DNA from: Heteronotia binoei
Lineage: Eukaryota
Assembly (NCBI RefSeq): GCF_032191835.1
Contig: NC_083237.1
Coordinates: forward strand, 5,332,001 to 5,396,000
Length of the DNA: 64,000 nucleotides
Direction of reading: 5' to 3'
The notes under the pieces are model-generated. The model was not told the DNA's origin and made no database searches. It saw only the letters and a program-made list of their open reading frames with translations. Shown here in pieces: positions 63,950 to 64,000 of the stretch; within the stretch, counting starts at the first letter, position 1; each line of letters starts with the position of its first letter. The translations under genes were made by a program, and so were the position numbers.

Positions 63950-64000
63950 TTCTGCCTGTAATGAAACAGTCGAAAGAGTCCGATGTAAATTTCTTAGGAA

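Overview
Vertebrate genomic DNA, very likely a squamate and probably a gecko (inferred from Sauria-like SINEs, Bov-B, CR1 and Squam3-like SINEs). Left to right: the last six coding exons of PER1 (+, 1788-15576); a repeat-dense interval; a small replication-dependent histone cluster (H1 +, H3.2 -, H4 +, H2A - with an N gap; no H2B in the window) that also holds a fused H4/H2A pseudogene relic and an orphan histone stem-loop; a tRNA-Gly(GCC) gene; and coding exons 1-4 of an intron-containing TAF9-family gene (+, 55354 onward). The standout is an uninterrupted 626-codon ORF (46338-48218) derived from an R2/NeSL/Utopia-type non-LTR reverse transcriptase. It keeps the catalytic aspartates, has lost the zinc-finger and endonuclease parts, and shows host-like GC3 codon usage. 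It sits downstream of a CCAAT-rich promoter-like segment and a candidate non-coding first exon that point away from H2A, in roughly the slot H2B normally occupies. This looks like a candidate domesticated RT gene. Most non-coding DNA is SINE/LINE ends and MITEs, many amplified into head-to-tail arrays, two with higher-order structure. Repeat boundaries are approximate, and repeat-family names and reference-protein comparisons come from recognition, not database searches.
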